Assembly (NCBI GenBank): GCA_015062385.1
Contig: SUUT01000003.1
Location: 76,066 to 140,065, forward strand
DNA length: 64,000 bases
Source of the DNA: Alphaproteobacteria bacterium
Lineage (GTDB): Bacteria; Pseudomonadota; Alphaproteobacteria; CAAHEQ01; UBA3637
Direction: 5' to 3'
Positions 29,433 to 38,004 of the stretch are shown piece by piece. How positions within the stretch are numbered: position 1 is the stretch's first letter; every line of letters begins with the position of its first letter. The translations under genes were made by a program, and so were the position numbers. The notes beneath the pieces were generated by a model, which was not told the origin of the DNA, did no database searches, and saw only the letters and a program-made list of their open reading frames with translations.

Positions 29433-30113
29433 TTACTTTATAATATACTGTTCCAGCATGTCTTCACAATTTCCATTTGGATATTTTGTTCCGATTAATC
29501 GCCCGATTTTATTAGCGTAATTATCAGCATTACTTTCATCTACAGTATTTTGTTTAGTTATATATATATCGCTTAATTCTTTTACATCTGAGAACATTGA
29601 TGCTAAATTATGCCCACCATAACCATATTGTGCACTCTTGCAGTTGAGCAATGCATGCTTAAATTTATCTGAAATGTTTTTGTTCTTTAGATTTTTATAT
29701 CCATTTACTATATTTATTCCTCCGGCAAGTGTTGATTTAACAAACGGCAAAGGGGATTGATATTCGGGTTTTATTTCTCCACCTTCTCGTGCAACAATAT
29801 CTTCATAAATGTGCTTCCCTTCTTGTTCGGTTTCCCAATATCTTGGCTTTATTTCACTTCCCTCGAATCCATAGTTATTTTCGGGAGAGGCACTCCAAAA
29901 GTCAGAGCCATATTGTTTATAATTACCCGTTATACCCATATTGCGTTGTTGTTGCATGAGTTCTTCTTCCCGTTTAACACGTTTGTCTTGATATTCTACT
30001 TCTTCTCTTGTTGTAAATTGAGAATGATCTACACCATAAGTATCATATCCGTTCTCTAAAGTTCTGTATCCCAAGGGGGATTGGTAGTCGTTATAAAATT
30101 GATTCTCTGTCAT
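29433..30113 (-). CDS. serum amyloid A (SAA)-like domain protein
   Basis: 226 aa, no signal peptide. The C-terminal ~75 aa (SDKFKHALLNCKSAQYGYGG...FSDVKE...SNADNYANKIGR) align with the vertebrate SAA core ([20 protein letters not shown]...ISDARE...SLADQAANEWGR). Confidence 0.7.
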   Translation of the reverse strand: MTENQFYNDYQSPLGYRTLENGYDTYGVDHSQFTTREEVEYQDKRVKREEELMQQQRNMGITGNYKQYGSDFWSASPENNYGFEGSEIKPRYWETEQEGKHIYEDIVAREGGEIKPEYQSPLPFVKSTLAGGINIVNGYKNLKNKNISDKFKHALLNCKSAQYGYGGHNLASMFSDVKELSDIYITKQNTVDESNADNYANKIGRLIGTKYPNGNCEDMLEQYIIK

Positions 30114-30482
30114 ATTTTTCTCCTTTCGTTTAATATATAGTCCAATTTTAAAACATATCTTTCATATACACTAAAACCATTGAAAAATAAAGATATCTTA
30201 CAAATATTACCCATAAATCCCGATTGCTTCCGTAGAATGCAGTTTTTGTTTCGTATGTAAATCTTCCTTTGTATTTTTATAATTATTCTGTTTAATTATT
30301 TCTCTGAAACCCCGTATTTTGTAAAATATAGAATGCGAACTCATTTGACAACGGAGCAAATCCGCATTAACGGTATTTGATTATGCTGTTTTAAATTCCA
30401 ATAAAGGAGCAAGCGTTTTGAAGTGGTTGTGTTAAAAGTATTAAAAAAGGGCTACATGTTGTAACCGTTTAGTATAAATTTC
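29865..30482 (-). repeat. duplicated block (copy B), includes ankyrin remnant copy 3 at ~30351-30430
   Basis: See 28020-28650. Confidence 0.85.
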
Positions 30483-30490
30483 AATTTATT

Positions 30491-31006
30491 CTATAACTTT
30501 TTCAGTAACCTAAAACAACCAATAACTAGCATAAGCGGTATTATATAGAGTATCGTTCCGAGAAGTGTTAAGAATAAAACAGAGAGCGAAAGAGTTGTCT
30601 GTGTAGTTGTCATATAGACTAAATAGCCCCAATATCCCAAAGTTAAAAGAATTGTTTGTATTAGCCATAATTTGAATGTTGAGTCGTTTCCTATTTGAAC
30701 GGTGAGAGGTTTGTTGAAAATTTTCTGATAAAAATACTTAAATGCTTTAAAAATAAAATAAAATAATCCATACAAAACAAGAAGTACAATATAGGACATC
30801 ACATATGTTTGTGTCGTAAAAAAACAAGGTTGGTTATTTAAAAACCATTGATAGACTGTGTTATAATGCGGTACATACACGCAACTTTCACCCAGATTGT
30901 TTGTATCGGTCATAGGCATAAGATTTAAAATAACAACTGATAAACAGAAGCTCATCCATAATAGTTGCATACATTGTTTAAAAATCATTTCTTTATTGTA
31001 TTTCAT
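30491..31006 (-). CDS. hypothetical multi-pass membrane protein
   Basis: 171 aa, ~5 TM segments. Lies 13 nt downstream of the transglycosylase-like ORF. Confidence 0.5.
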   Translation of the reverse strand: MKYNKEMIFKQCMQLLWMSFCLSVVILNLMPMTDTNNLGESCVYVPHYNTVYQWFLNNQPCFFTTQTYVMSYIVLLVLYGLFYFIFKAFKYFYQKIFNKPLTVQIGNDSTFKLWLIQTILLTLGYWGYLVYMTTTQTTLSLSVLFLTLLGTILYIIPLMLVIGCFRLLKKL

Positions 31007-31019
31007 ATTAATTCCTTTT

Positions 31020-31433
31020 TTATTCTAACCATGGTTTTGTTTCATATGCTGTTTTAATACGAGCTCCAACATCATTGATTTGATCTGCACTTGTATCATT
31101 CCACAAGGTGCCAATTCTATCAGGAGTTGGATTGTCTAAAGAGTTTTGAATGTTTTTTAATATTTGAGTCCCTAATTCAATATTTTGATCAGAATTATAT
31201 GTGTCATATTGTTTTCCATTAAAATCTCCCCAAATATTTCCCTTGATATTCATTGGCATTTGGCTTCCTGAATAATGTGACAAATCAGCTGATTGATTTA
31301 ATCCAAATTTATAACCAGTTGATGCTTCCGTATACATAACTGTTTTTACTAAATCAGAATTTATCTGATACTTTTTGGCATATTTGTCAATTTGATTATT
31401 ATATTTATTAACGTAATAAACTCCTACAAAATC
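31020..31433 (-). pseudogene. 5'-truncated lytic transglycosylase (SLT)-like gene
   Basis: The frame is open upstream of the annotated ATG and reads KYQINSDLVKTVMYTEASTGYKFGLNQ...YDTYNSDQNIELGTQIL. This resembles the SLT motifs (E-S, GLMQ, Y..N...G..YL). The frame ends at a stop at ~31434 beside a relic island arm, and no plausible start covers the catalytic Glu. Confidence 0.45.
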
Positions 31434-31500
31434 TAACTAATCGGGCAAAAATCATCATTATCTTTGAAATCCGTTCGGACAAAAATGTATGAAATTCTTA
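31430..31500 (+). repeat. relic copy of the island's tRNA-proximal arm
   Basis: ~72 bp (aaaatctaactaatcgggcaaaaatcatcatt...ccgttcggacaaaaatgtatgaaattcttat) is highly similar by eye to 56148-56216. Confidence 0.75.
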
Positions 31501-31554
31501 TTTAACATTATAGTAAAAGGACTGTATAGCTGTCCTTTCATATAATTTATTTTA

Positions 31555-31920
31555 TTATCCGCCTTTTAATATAACGCCACTAGGACAAGGGTATGTTAAA
31601 TCTTCAATACATTTACTGTGTTGATACATCTTTTTTAAGTCAGGATTAAAATATATTAATCCAACAACTAGAATAATAGAAACAATCAATGCTAAATTAT
31701 TCCATTTATTAAAAGGTCTTAAAATATACCACAAACAGATTATATAAAACAAGGTTCCTGTTGTTTTTAACCATACCAATACTGAATTATTTGAATAATA
31801 GTCATTTCCTGCTGTTATTATATCAATTAATAACATTGTTACACACAATATCGGTATAATTAAAATTAAACTTCTTTTAATACAACCAAGACAATATTTT
31901 AAAATTTGTTTAAATGTCAT
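31555..31920 (-). CDS. hypothetical membrane protein
   Basis: 121 aa, 3-4 TM segments. C-terminal CIEDLTYPC. Confidence 0.5.
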   Translation of the reverse strand: MTFKQILKYCLGCIKRSLILIIPILCVTMLLIDIITAGNDYYSNNSVLVWLKTTGTLFYIICLWYILRPFNKWNNLALIVSIILVVGLIYFNPDLKKMYQHSKCIEDLTYPCPSGVILKGG

Positions 31921-31982
31921 TTAGATCATCTTCCAATAAAATAATTATATTAAAAACAAGATAAAAGTCAAGATTAATTAAA

Positions 31983-32260
31983 TTATTTATAATACTCCGG
32001 ATTAAAATAAACCTTTGGATCAGTTGGACACGCATCTTTTAAACTTAAACCTTGTTGAGCACTATTCCAACCCATTTACAATCTTTTCGTATGTCAGATA
32101 GTGGGGCTCCTGTTACCAAGCCGTATATTTCTCTACCGATACTAATTGCTTTTCCTACACCGGCTCCCCAATTACCTCGTTTTGCAGCCTCATAGTTGGC
32201 TTTACAATGGAAGAAATTAAAATCCAAATCAAAATCATGTTTATTAGATATATATAGACA
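31983..32260 (-). pseudogene. SAA-like domain gene fragment (third copy, degraded)
   Basis: ORF 32045-32227 encodes FFHCKANYEAAKRGNWGAGVGKAISIGREIYG...SDIRKDCKWVG, the closest match here to SAA [28 protein letters not shown]. It lacks the N-terminal region. A shifted frame continues as ...KDACPTDPKVYFNPEYYK*, which resembles the SAA C-terminus KDPNHFRPAGLPEKY. Confidence 0.6.
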
Positions 32261-32312
32261 AAGAAAACAAAATATGATAGAAAAAATTAATAATAAAAAT
32301 AAAGAGGTATCT

Positions 32313-32516
32313 ATGAATATTTTAAAAATAATTGGAAAACTTTTTCTTTATAGTTTTATTTTTGTTTTTTCTATCATTGTTTTCTTCTTCGCTTATATAA
32401 TGGGAGTATTGAGCGGAAAGGACTATATTTATGCTGAATACAACACAGAATATATAGAAATTTGCATAAAATACGGATATCCGGAACGCCGTTGTACGAA
32501 GGATGTTTATTGGTAA
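32313..32516 (+). CDS. small single-TM two-Cys protein
   Basis: 67 aa from the internal ATG with RBS aaagagg. TM helix, then YIEICIKYGYPERRCTKDVYW. Confidence 0.6.
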   Translation: MNILKIIGKLFLYSFIFVFSIIVFFFAYIMGVLSGKDYIYAEYNTEYIEICIKYGYPERRCTKDVYW

Positions 32517-32529
32517 AGGATAAAATATA

Positions 32530-32733
32530 ATGCGTTATTTGGTTTATGGAATACTTTATTTTATTATTTTAATAATGATTGGAATATGTGTTGGATTTAT
32601 AACAGAAATTAAGACAAATAAAGCTAATCCGAGTGAAGATAAGCGGATTTTTGTTGAAAAATGTATGAAAGAAGGCAAAACAAAAGAATTATGCATTGAT
32701 AATTTTTATGGGTTTCCACGCAAAAATAATTAA
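32530..32733 (+). CDS. small single-TM two-Cys protein
   Basis: 67 aa. TM helix, then IFVEKCMKEGKTKELCIDNFY. Confidence 0.6.
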   Translation: MRYLVYGILYFIILIMIGICVGFITEIKTNKANPSEDKRIFVEKCMKEGKTKELCIDNFYGFPRKNN

Positions 32734-32756
32734 GATTAAACTTTATGCCTAAACGG

Positions 32757-33044
32757 TTACAATATGTAACCGTTTTTAATATTTTTCAACACAATCCAAT
32801 TTAACACTTTTGCCCAATTGTTAGGGTTTTGAATGACATAATCAAAGGCATTCAATCCAAACTTATCTTTTTGAAATGAATTAACCCCTTGTTCAAGTAA
32901 GTATTCAATCGGTTTAGTGTCAAAAGTCATAATACAACACAGATCCTGATTGCCATTAACAGGAGAATTGATATCTGTAATATCGGACAAGATTTTTTTT
33001 AAATCCTCAACATCATCTATAAAATAGTTATCTTTATTTATCAT
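32757..33044 (-). CDS. short ankyrin-repeat protein
   Basis: 95 aa. Paralogue of 37699-37974 (MINKDNYFIDDVEDLKKILSDITDINSPVN versus MMNKDNYFIDDIEDLKEILSEITDINAPVN). Confidence 0.7.
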   Translation of the reverse strand: MINKDNYFIDDVEDLKKILSDITDINSPVNGNQDLCCIMTFDTKPIEYLLEQGVNSFQKDKFGLNAFDYVIQNPNNWAKVLNWIVLKNIKNGYIL

Positions 33045-33087
33045 TTTATCATTTTTTTATACTTAAAAATGCCTGAAATTAGGGCAA

Positions 33088-33140
33088 AAAAAAGCCCTTA
33101 AAGATAAGACTTTAAGGGATAAATGGTGCCGATTGGGTGA
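33088..33140. repeat. attL: 53-bp direct repeat (tRNA-Thr 3' 17 nt plus 36 nt downstream)
   Basis: aaaaaagcccttaaagataagactttaagggataaatggtgccgattgggtga is identical to 56300-56352. Confidence 0.9.
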
Positions 33141-33430
33141 CGGATAAGGTTAACTATTTGAAATAATTGAAAAAGTTGTGAAATTTTTGACGATTTTTGC
33201 CCCTTAATTTTCGGTGACGGGAACACGTCACAACACACTTTCACAACCTCATAAATTCACTCTATCAAACACTTTCCAGCGATTCATTATCTATCTATAA
33301 CTGTCTTAAATGTTTTATGATGCTTTATATCATCTGTCTTCAAATCTGTATTGTCTTATCTATCCAATCGGGCAAATGTCTTAAATTCCTTTAATATCTA
33401 AACGGGTATTTAAACAAATTTCTTTATTTG

Positions 33431-33805
33431 CTAAAAGTATTTTAATAGTCTTTTTGTTATTAAATCTTTCCCTTCATCATAAAGATTGTCAATCTTAAAA
33501 GGGTTATCTGGTGTATCATTTAATTCACTGATTGATTTGATTAAAAAATGTAATGCGTCTATGGATGGTTGCCTTTGTTCGGATAGTATCATTCCAAAGT
33601 AATACTTGTTTTTATTTAAAAATCTTTCGCTAAATTCATATTGAGATGTAATGTAGCCTGTATTTTTTAAATAATTAAATACTTTAATTAAATACTCATT
33701 GTCAGGATTTTGTTTATTTTCTTGTAAGCCTTTCTTTTTAATTAAAGATGCTCTGACTTGTGCTAATAATTCATCTAATTTTTGTATGGTTGTGTTCATA
33801 TTCAT
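33431..33805 (-). CDS. hypothetical protein
   Basis: 124-aa ORF downstream of the integrase gene, inside the island. Confidence 0.5.
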   Translation of the reverse strand: MNMNTTIQKLDELLAQVRASLIKKKGLQENKQNPDNEYLIKVFNYLKNTGYITSQYEFSERFLNKNKYYFGMILSEQRQPSIDALHFLIKSISELNDTPDNPFKIDNLYDEGKDLITKRLLKYF

Positions 33806-33955
33806 TCCTCTGGTTAATTTATGTAGGTATTTATTGAAGGTCTGATTAAATACTGGAATGAATACAAAAAAACTCTGTCGGATGACAGAGTTTTAATAAT
33901 TTATTTTCTACAATAAAAACTTTCTTGTATCAATGTCTTAAATTCTTTTAGTTCC

Positions 33956-35641
33956 TTACTGAGTGGATAAGATATTTTGGATAGTTCTTCCAACATAACT
34001 TTTATTACCATACAGTCTTTGACCAATTCCTCTATCTGCCCAACCACAAAGTGCATTTTGGTATTCTGCAGGTATTCTCACTTCTACTGCCTTTGTTTCA
34101 AATGTATGTCTAAATGAATGGAAGACCTTATCTGAACCTGTTATGTCTATTTTATCTAAATATCTTCCAAACCAATGTTGAACAGAATTACTATAACGTC
34201 CCCGTTCTATTTGTGTTAATTCGCTAAATAACTTTTTGGCTTTGTTTTTTCTTTGAAACTCTACATATCTTAAAAATCCTAATTCGATTATTTGAGGGTG
34301 AATGGGTATAATTCTTTCAGATGTCTTGTTTTTAACTGATTTATCTTTGTCATTCCCATGAATAGATATACAGGGTATCCCTTTTTTACTCACAATATCT
34401 GTTACATCTAATTGGCAGATTTCATTTAAACGACATCCATGATATAATGCAATTATCGGAACCCAAAATTTGGCTTGATTGTTTCTCATCTTCGGACTGG
34501 GATATGTCTTGGGATTAAATATCTTATGTAGTTCCGAATTATCAAACGGGTTTCTTGCTTCTTTTTCTATCTTAATCGGTTTATCTATGTAATCATTCAT
34601 ATTGTTTTCAATAATGTCTTCTCGAACTGCATATCTCATAAAGTTGGTAAAGACATTCAGATATCCTTTTATTGTTTGCTTCCCTAATGCTTTATTTTCT
34701 GATTTCGTTAATATCTCTTTTATGGTTTTACCTTTTTCTATCTCAGTATGCCATTTTTTAGGAACTTGATAAATCTTTTCACTTAATTTGCGACAGTCTT
34801 GTTTTGTTATTTCTTCTATATATTCTCTTCCCATAATTAAAAAGGCTAATTTAATTGACAAATACATAGTCCTGATGCGTTCGTCTGGTATTCCTTTTAA
34901 ATTCTTTTTATTCTGAGCATACTTTTTAAAGAACTTTTCCCAATGGGTTTTGGTCATGGATTTAGTCAGACGTTCTGTGGTCTTCATGTTATCATAACTT
35001 TTAAGTAAAGTTTTAACCTTGGGATTGCTTGGGTTATAAGGTTTGTCTTTCTTAATTGCTTTGATACTTTTTTCTGCATATCTTTCTAATGCAGAAACAT
35101 GACTGCCAAAACTTTTAAACCATTCATACCCATCTTTTGCTTTGTCTTCTAAACCCAGTTCAATCTCTTTTTCCTTTAACTTGGTATAGGTTGTGCGAAG
35201 AGTAATATTGGCTTGAGAGTTTTCAACCAAACTCCTTAAATAGTCCAATATCATTTGAACCATTAACTCTTTTCTTTGTTCTGTGGGTAGTTTGATGTCT
35301 TCAATGGTTTTCTTGCCTTCTACAATATTCTCAGCATTTTCTTCCAAAAAGTATTGAATTTGACTAAGTCTTGCCAGCAATATCTTATCAACATCATTTT
35401 CATCCAGAACAACTTTGTTTTCTTTGTTAATTTTCATAATAATATCCTCAAATACATCCATAAATGTTTGTAAATGAGCAATTTCTGTTCGCCATCTGGC
35501 AACAGCAAGTTTGTAATCTGATGTGTCTAATGTATAACAAATCTCTTTACATTTTGCCAATGTCCAATACTTTCTGGGTACACCGACCCTAAAATAAAAA
35601 GCACGACCTTTGACAATCAGTCCCGGATATCTTTGAACCAT
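33956..35641 (-). CDS. tyrosine-type site-specific integrase
   Basis: 561 aa. N-terminal GRAFYFRVGVPRKYW arm-type domain. Catalytic region LYHGCRLNE (Arg), HSFRHTF (H-x-x-R), C-terminal Tyr region. Confidence 0.85.
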   Translation of the reverse strand: MVQRYPGLIVKGRAFYFRVGVPRKYWTLAKCKEICYTLDTSDYKLAVARWRTEIAHLQTFMDVFEDIIMKINKENKVVLDENDVDKILLARLSQIQYFLEENAENIVEGKKTIEDIKLPTEQRKELMVQMILDYLRSLVENSQANITLRTTYTKLKEKEIELGLEDKAKDGYEWFKSFGSHVSALERYAEKSIKAIKKDKPYNPSNPKVKTLLKSYDNMKTTERLTKSMTKTHWEKFFKKYAQNKKNLKGIPDERIRTMYLSIKLAFLIMGREYIEEITKQDCRKLSEKIYQVPKKWHTEIEKGKTIKEILTKSENKALGKQTIKGYLNVFTNFMRYAVREDIIENNMNDYIDKPIKIEKEARNPFDNSELHKIFNPKTYPSPKMRNNQAKFWVPIIALYHGCRLNEICQLDVTDIVSKKGIPCISIHGNDKDKSVKNKTSERIIPIHPQIIELGFLRYVEFQRKNKAKKLFSELTQIERGRYSNSVQHWFGRYLDKIDITGSDKVFHSFRHTFETKAVEVRIPAEYQNALCGWADRGIGQRLYGNKSYVGRTIQNILSTQ

Positions 35642-35719
35642 AAGTAGTCTCCTTATGTCATTAGAATACCGTACTTTTTCTTATCCGTCCGTCAAAATCT
35701 GAACAGAAATTGCTTTTTT

Positions 35720-36310
35720 TTACTGTTTTAATTCATTTTCAATTAAGGTTCTTAACTCTGGAATAACTTGATGGTCTAAAGCCAATTTTATGTCCCATTC
35801 CCCAAATTCAAAAACATCTTTATGTTCCAGAGTCCACTCAACAACCTCTCTGCGAGGGTTCATTAAAAGATATGCGTATATCCAACTTCCTTCTCCATCC
35901 CATGAGTTTTCAACTGTCTTTTTAATATCTTTACCACAAAAAAGTGCTTTAATTCCTTCAAGATTACAAGTTGCAAATTCTGCCTTTTTCATCCAAGCGA
36001 ACTTTTCTCCACAAGTATACTCAAATTCCTCATCTAAAAACCATTCTCGAATATGGTGATACAAATAAAGATATTTAGAAGTCATAATATATGTTATTAT
36101 AGGTTTCAAATTAGTTCCCTCGTTAGGTTCAAACCAAACTTCTGTATAATATGTATCATAATCATTTGGATGGTAAATATTAGCATATTCTTCTATTTCT
36201 TCCCATAAATCTATTATTTTTTGTTTTTCATAATTAACTTCATTATTAATTTTTTCAGTTAATTCATAAACTTTTTTTTCAAATTCTTCTTGTGTTATTG
36301 TTTCATTCAT
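35720..36310 (-). CDS. hypothetical protein
   Basis: Start placed at MNETITQ with RBS aaagga. No recognised domain. Confidence 0.5.
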   Translation of the reverse strand: MNETITQEEFEKKVYELTEKINNEVNYEKQKIIDLWEEIEEYANIYHPNDYDTYYTEVWFEPNEGTNLKPIITYIMTSKYLYLYHHIREWFLDEEFEYTCGEKFAWMKKAEFATCNLEGIKALFCGKDIKKTVENSWDGEGSWIYAYLLMNPRREVVEWTLEHKDVFEFGEWDIKLALDHQVIPELRTLIENELKQ

Positions 36311-36388
36311 AATATAATTCCTTTGTAATTTAAGTTTTACATTCGGATAGTCATAAGAGTTGCCGCTCTTATAACTATCCACTCGTTT

Positions 36389-36922
36389 TTAAGCCACTTG
36401 CGGTAAATGTTTCATGGCTTCTTCATTTGCTTGCTTTTCTGCTTCCCATGCTTTTAACAAGGCCAATTTTCTTTCGTTTCTTAAATCTTGTTTCTTTTTG
36501 TTATTTGCTTTTCTCCTTTCTTCTTTAAGTTTCACTTCATTTTCACAGAATGTTTCAATCTGAGTATCTAGAATCCCTTTTGACACAGCTTCATAGAACT
36601 TAGTCAAAAAAGCAATCTTTTGATCTGTTGGAAATAATGGACATGAGCATCTGTAAATTCTTTTACCACCCAATCTGACTGAAAAAACAGAAGTATTCTT
36701 TTTTTCATCCAAGTCAATTAACAACTTATTCATTTGATTGCTTTTATCCCAAGAATTATCTCTGAAATTTTTGATGTTCATTGTAATCAAATCCAAAATT
36801 CGTTGCTTACAACTGCCTTTGGATAATAACCCTTCATCTTTTTGTGTTTCCAATCGAGTAATGCCAAATGATGACATAAAATCTTCAATGTTTAATGTAT
36901 TAATCGTTGCTGTATTTAACAT
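36389..36922 (-). CDS. hypothetical protein
   Basis: Start placed at MLNTATI with RBS aaagga. Basic coiled-coil C-terminus. Confidence 0.5.
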   Translation of the reverse strand: MLNTATINTLNIEDFMSSFGITRLETQKDEGLLSKGSCKQRILDLITMNIKNFRDNSWDKSNQMNKLLIDLDEKKNTSVFSVRLGGKRIYRCSCPLFPTDQKIAFLTKFYEAVSKGILDTQIETFCENEVKLKEERRKANNKKKQDLRNERKLALLKAWEAEKQANEEAMKHLPQVA

Positions 36923-37241
36923 AGTGTATCCTTTCAGTTTGTTGTTCCCGAACAGACCCATTCCATCTGGTATACTTTTATTTTACCAGTCTTTTTTGTC
37001 TTCAAAAAGCATCTTGATTAGACAAAAATCGTTTTTCCGTCCAGATGGAGTCATATGCTTTCATATGCGTTCATATTCATTCCCTTTTTCTTTCACAAGA
37101 TTTCTGAATTTTGTTAACTTTGCTGTATTTTTGTTCTTAAACAATAAAAAATCATACCGAATCCTTGCGAATCGGATTCGTTTTTTTTGTAATCATTCCG
37201 TTTTTTAATCAAGTGAAGATAAATAGATATATAGCAACCAG

Positions 37242-37709
37242 ATGGAGAAAGTAATGGAAATAAGCGAACCAATTATGATTAACAAAAAATATTATCCAAT
37301 CCCAGAAGATTTAGAAACCTTAAAAGAAATTGAAAAACATTTGATTTATATTAACCAGCCGATTAATAGTAGATTATCCAGTTTATTACAGGTTGTTTGT
37401 GTAAATACGAGAAACCCGAAACTTGTTGAATATCTGTTAAAACAACAAGCCAATCCTTATTATATGGATATCAATGGATATACGGCTTTTGATTATGCTT
37501 TGGAAAATAAAGTGGGATTAAAAGACTGGTTGTTTATTTTGTTGGGAAAATATCAGCACCGTTTTAAACAACGAGATATGACAGAAAGAAAAGAATTTGT
37601 TTACCATCTCATTCAATCCGAAATCATTAAATATGAACTGCAAAAACGAGAAAGTGAAGCTTTATTATTACAAGAATTAGAAGAGTTGGAGATACCCGAT
37701 GATGAATAA
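37242..37709 (+). CDS. ankyrin-repeat protein
   Basis: 155 aa. LVEYLLKQQANPYYMDINGYTAFDYAL repeat. Confidence 0.65.
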   Translation: MEKVMEISEPIMINKKYYPIPEDLETLKEIEKHLIYINQPINSRLSSLLQVVCVNTRNPKLVEYLLKQQANPYYMDINGYTAFDYALENKVGLKDWLFILLGKYQHRFKQRDMTERKEFVYHLIQSEIIKYELQKRESEALLLQELEELEIPDDE

Positions 37710-37974
37710 AGATAATTATTTTATTGATGACATCGAGGATTTAAAGGAAATCCTTTCTGAAATCACAGACATCAATGCCCCTGTTAATAAGAATCTAGCA
37801 ACCTTACTTCACTTATGTTGTATCATGAGTTGTGATACAGCCCCGATTGAATACTTATTAGAGAAAGGAGCAAATCCTCATATCAAAGACAAGTTTGGCT
37901 TAACTGCTTTTGATTATGCCATCCGAAACCCCAACCAATGGGCAAGAATTCTAAATTATATTGCATTAAAATAA
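37699..37974 (+). CDS. short ankyrin-repeat protein
   Basis: 91 aa. IEYLLEKGANPHIKDKFGLTAFDYAI. Confidence 0.7.
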   Translation: MMNKDNYFIDDIEDLKEILSEITDINAPVNKNLATLLHLCCIMSCDTAPIEYLLEKGANPHIKDKFGLTAFDYAIRNPNQWARILNYIALK

Positions 37975-38004
37975 AAGGACTGTTCATCAGTCCTTTTCGT
38001 TATC

